A stretch of 64,000 nt of DNA. Origin: Paraphysomonas bandaiensis (taxonomy: Eukaryota > Protista > Chrysophyceae). The stretch lies in NCBI GenBank assembly GCA_965644295.1, contig CBFFRP010000162.1:1-64000 (forward strand), in the 5' to 3' direction. Positions 62,601 through 64,000 of the stretch are shown piece by piece; the first letter of the stretch is position 1, and every line of letters starts with the position of its first letter. A program made the translations under genes and the position numbers. Under the pieces are notes generated by a model. It was not told where the DNA came from. It was given only the letters and a program-made list of their open reading frames with translations, and searched no databases.

Positions 62601-63433
62601 TTGAACTCTGCGACAGAGGGACTGACAACGGCGTTCCCATGCGTGCGCATCCTCCAGAATGAGTGAGTCATCCATAACACTCATGCTCTTGGGTCGCGAG
62701 GCATCCACTTCATTCGTGTAGTACTGCTCCAAATCCGCACTGAATATTTTTACGCAAATCACAAAACAAAATATATAATACAGAAACTACCTTCTAGATG
62801 AAAACATAGTCCAACAGCACACAATTCCAAATATATCTACAAGCTGAGAAATGATGACCAGATATAGAAGCGCCTCTATCATCTCTTCGTTGAACTTCTC
62901 CGTACACGGCAATGCACTAACCCGTGCCACGCAGATGCTGTCGAAAACCGTGAACAAAAAGTATAAGTCTACTACTAAATTTACACACCCAAAGATTGCA
63001 CAGAAGAACTGACACACACCAAGAATCATGTGTGAATTCAGATAGAAAGAAATATTGTTTCTGCTTTCAGTTTGAACCATTGTGCCCTAATGAGGATATT
63101 AGTACAGTGTATCCATTAAGTATTTCGTGAACCTTCATTGATATGCGCGTCAAGCAAATTTCACATAACACAGATACAAGAGAAACAACTATTGAAAAGG
63201 CGAGATAAAGCATAATTCCCCATCCATTTGAACAGTCATGAAGATATCCAGTTGTCATAGCTATAATAATTGATAGTAATATAGTCCAAAATATTCTAAA
63301 CACCTATAGAGAATATGAGTATGAGATAGTAATTTCTCAGTATAAAGGATCATACCGCAGCACAGGCTGATGGAATAGAGAGTTCATCACTAGCTAAACG
63401 CCATAAACGACCAAAATATACTAAATGTGGCAT
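59662..63433 (-). CDS. DAGL: Diacylglycerol lipase alpha/beta-like (4 TM plus Lipase_3), multi-exon
   Basis: N-terminus MPHLVYFGRLWRLASDE, DVVPSDVVAG, ITVRGTLSLEDCVTD, HSGM, GHSLGAG (Ser), GHDLV (Asp), MVMDHLPD (His). Confidence 0.9.
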
Positions 63434-64000
63434 ATCTCTGTATAGATCTTACTAGTTAACTAGTATAATAGTAAGTAACTAACTGAAGATGATCATCATG
63501 ATATCATCATATTAATTATAAGTAAGTTTATTGTTTGAATGAATCATATGATGAATTAGATCTGAGGAGTGGTAGTAGTTAGGTTACATGTATGGAGATA
63601 TGTATGTTTATATAACTAACACACTGCTGTGGAGAGTATTGCCCGTATGTACGTATGTACGTAGGTACGTACGACATAGATACAAGTACAGAAATCGAAT
63701 ATATGATATGACGTATATGGTACGTATATACATGTAGATGGTACCTACATACACGTAAATACTTGTAAAAAAATTGCTGATATCTTCTTTTTTTAACTTT
63801 CTTTTCCAATTTCGAAGTACAAAATCCCCATAATCACTAAAAACTAGCGATTTCGAGATTTTATCATTGAGAATACTACGATTTCCATTTCCATAAACAA
63901 GTACAATACACGTGGCAAATAACAAAATCCATCACGAGTAGCAGTTCCAACGGCTTTTCTGTAAAATGTGGAAGGTACCGTACTCAAGCCCGCACCATAA

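Noticed and set aside
15296-63433. FAAH2-like amidase, DAG lipase, G-alpha, SDR and SCP2 kinase as an endocannabinoid-like or lipid gene cluster
   Set aside because: The genes are spread over 50 kb and interleaved with UPF1, TAF5, myosin and calpain. There is no evidence of clustering beyond chance without conserved synteny.
1-64000. CRISPR arrays, tRNA/rRNA genes, prokaryotic operons, non-standard genetic code
   Set aside because: No repeat-spacer arrays or RNA gene signatures were seen. In-frame stops in genes are explained by GT-AG introns, and TAA, TAG and TGA are all used as true stops.

Overview
Eukaryotic nuclear DNA: AT-rich, gene-dense, with short (about 50-125 nt) GT-AG introns. 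Gene content (class IV-type myosin, Crypton relic, multi-TM hybrid histidine kinase) suggests a stramenopile protist; this assignment is inference. Fourteen protein-coding genes are supportable: an MFS transporter (5' partial), RecQ helicase, a 4-exon Tom22 missed by the ORF track, a GNB1L/Asa1-like WD40 protein, G-alpha, an FAAH2-like amidase, an SDR16C-type dehydrogenase, UPF1, a catalytically dead calpain, a degenerate hybrid histidine kinase, a GYF_2-WW-myosin-MyTH4-SH3 protein, TAF5, an SCP2-PX-TM-ABC1/UbiB kinase fusion and a DAG lipase. Intergenic DNA is a mosaic of short transposon relics (Copia, Crypton, hAT, pogo-like, LINE-like, MITEs). Highlights: (1) the SCP2-PX-multiTM-ABC1 kinase architecture in one open frame; (2) at least five separate TE relics arranged as diverged inverted (fold-back) pairs; (3) a recurring gene-start signature of (TATG)n arrays about 70-200 bp upstream of ATGs plus A/T-skewed first few hundred coding bases; (4) two pseudo-enzymes. 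All alignments, splice models and counts were done by eye.
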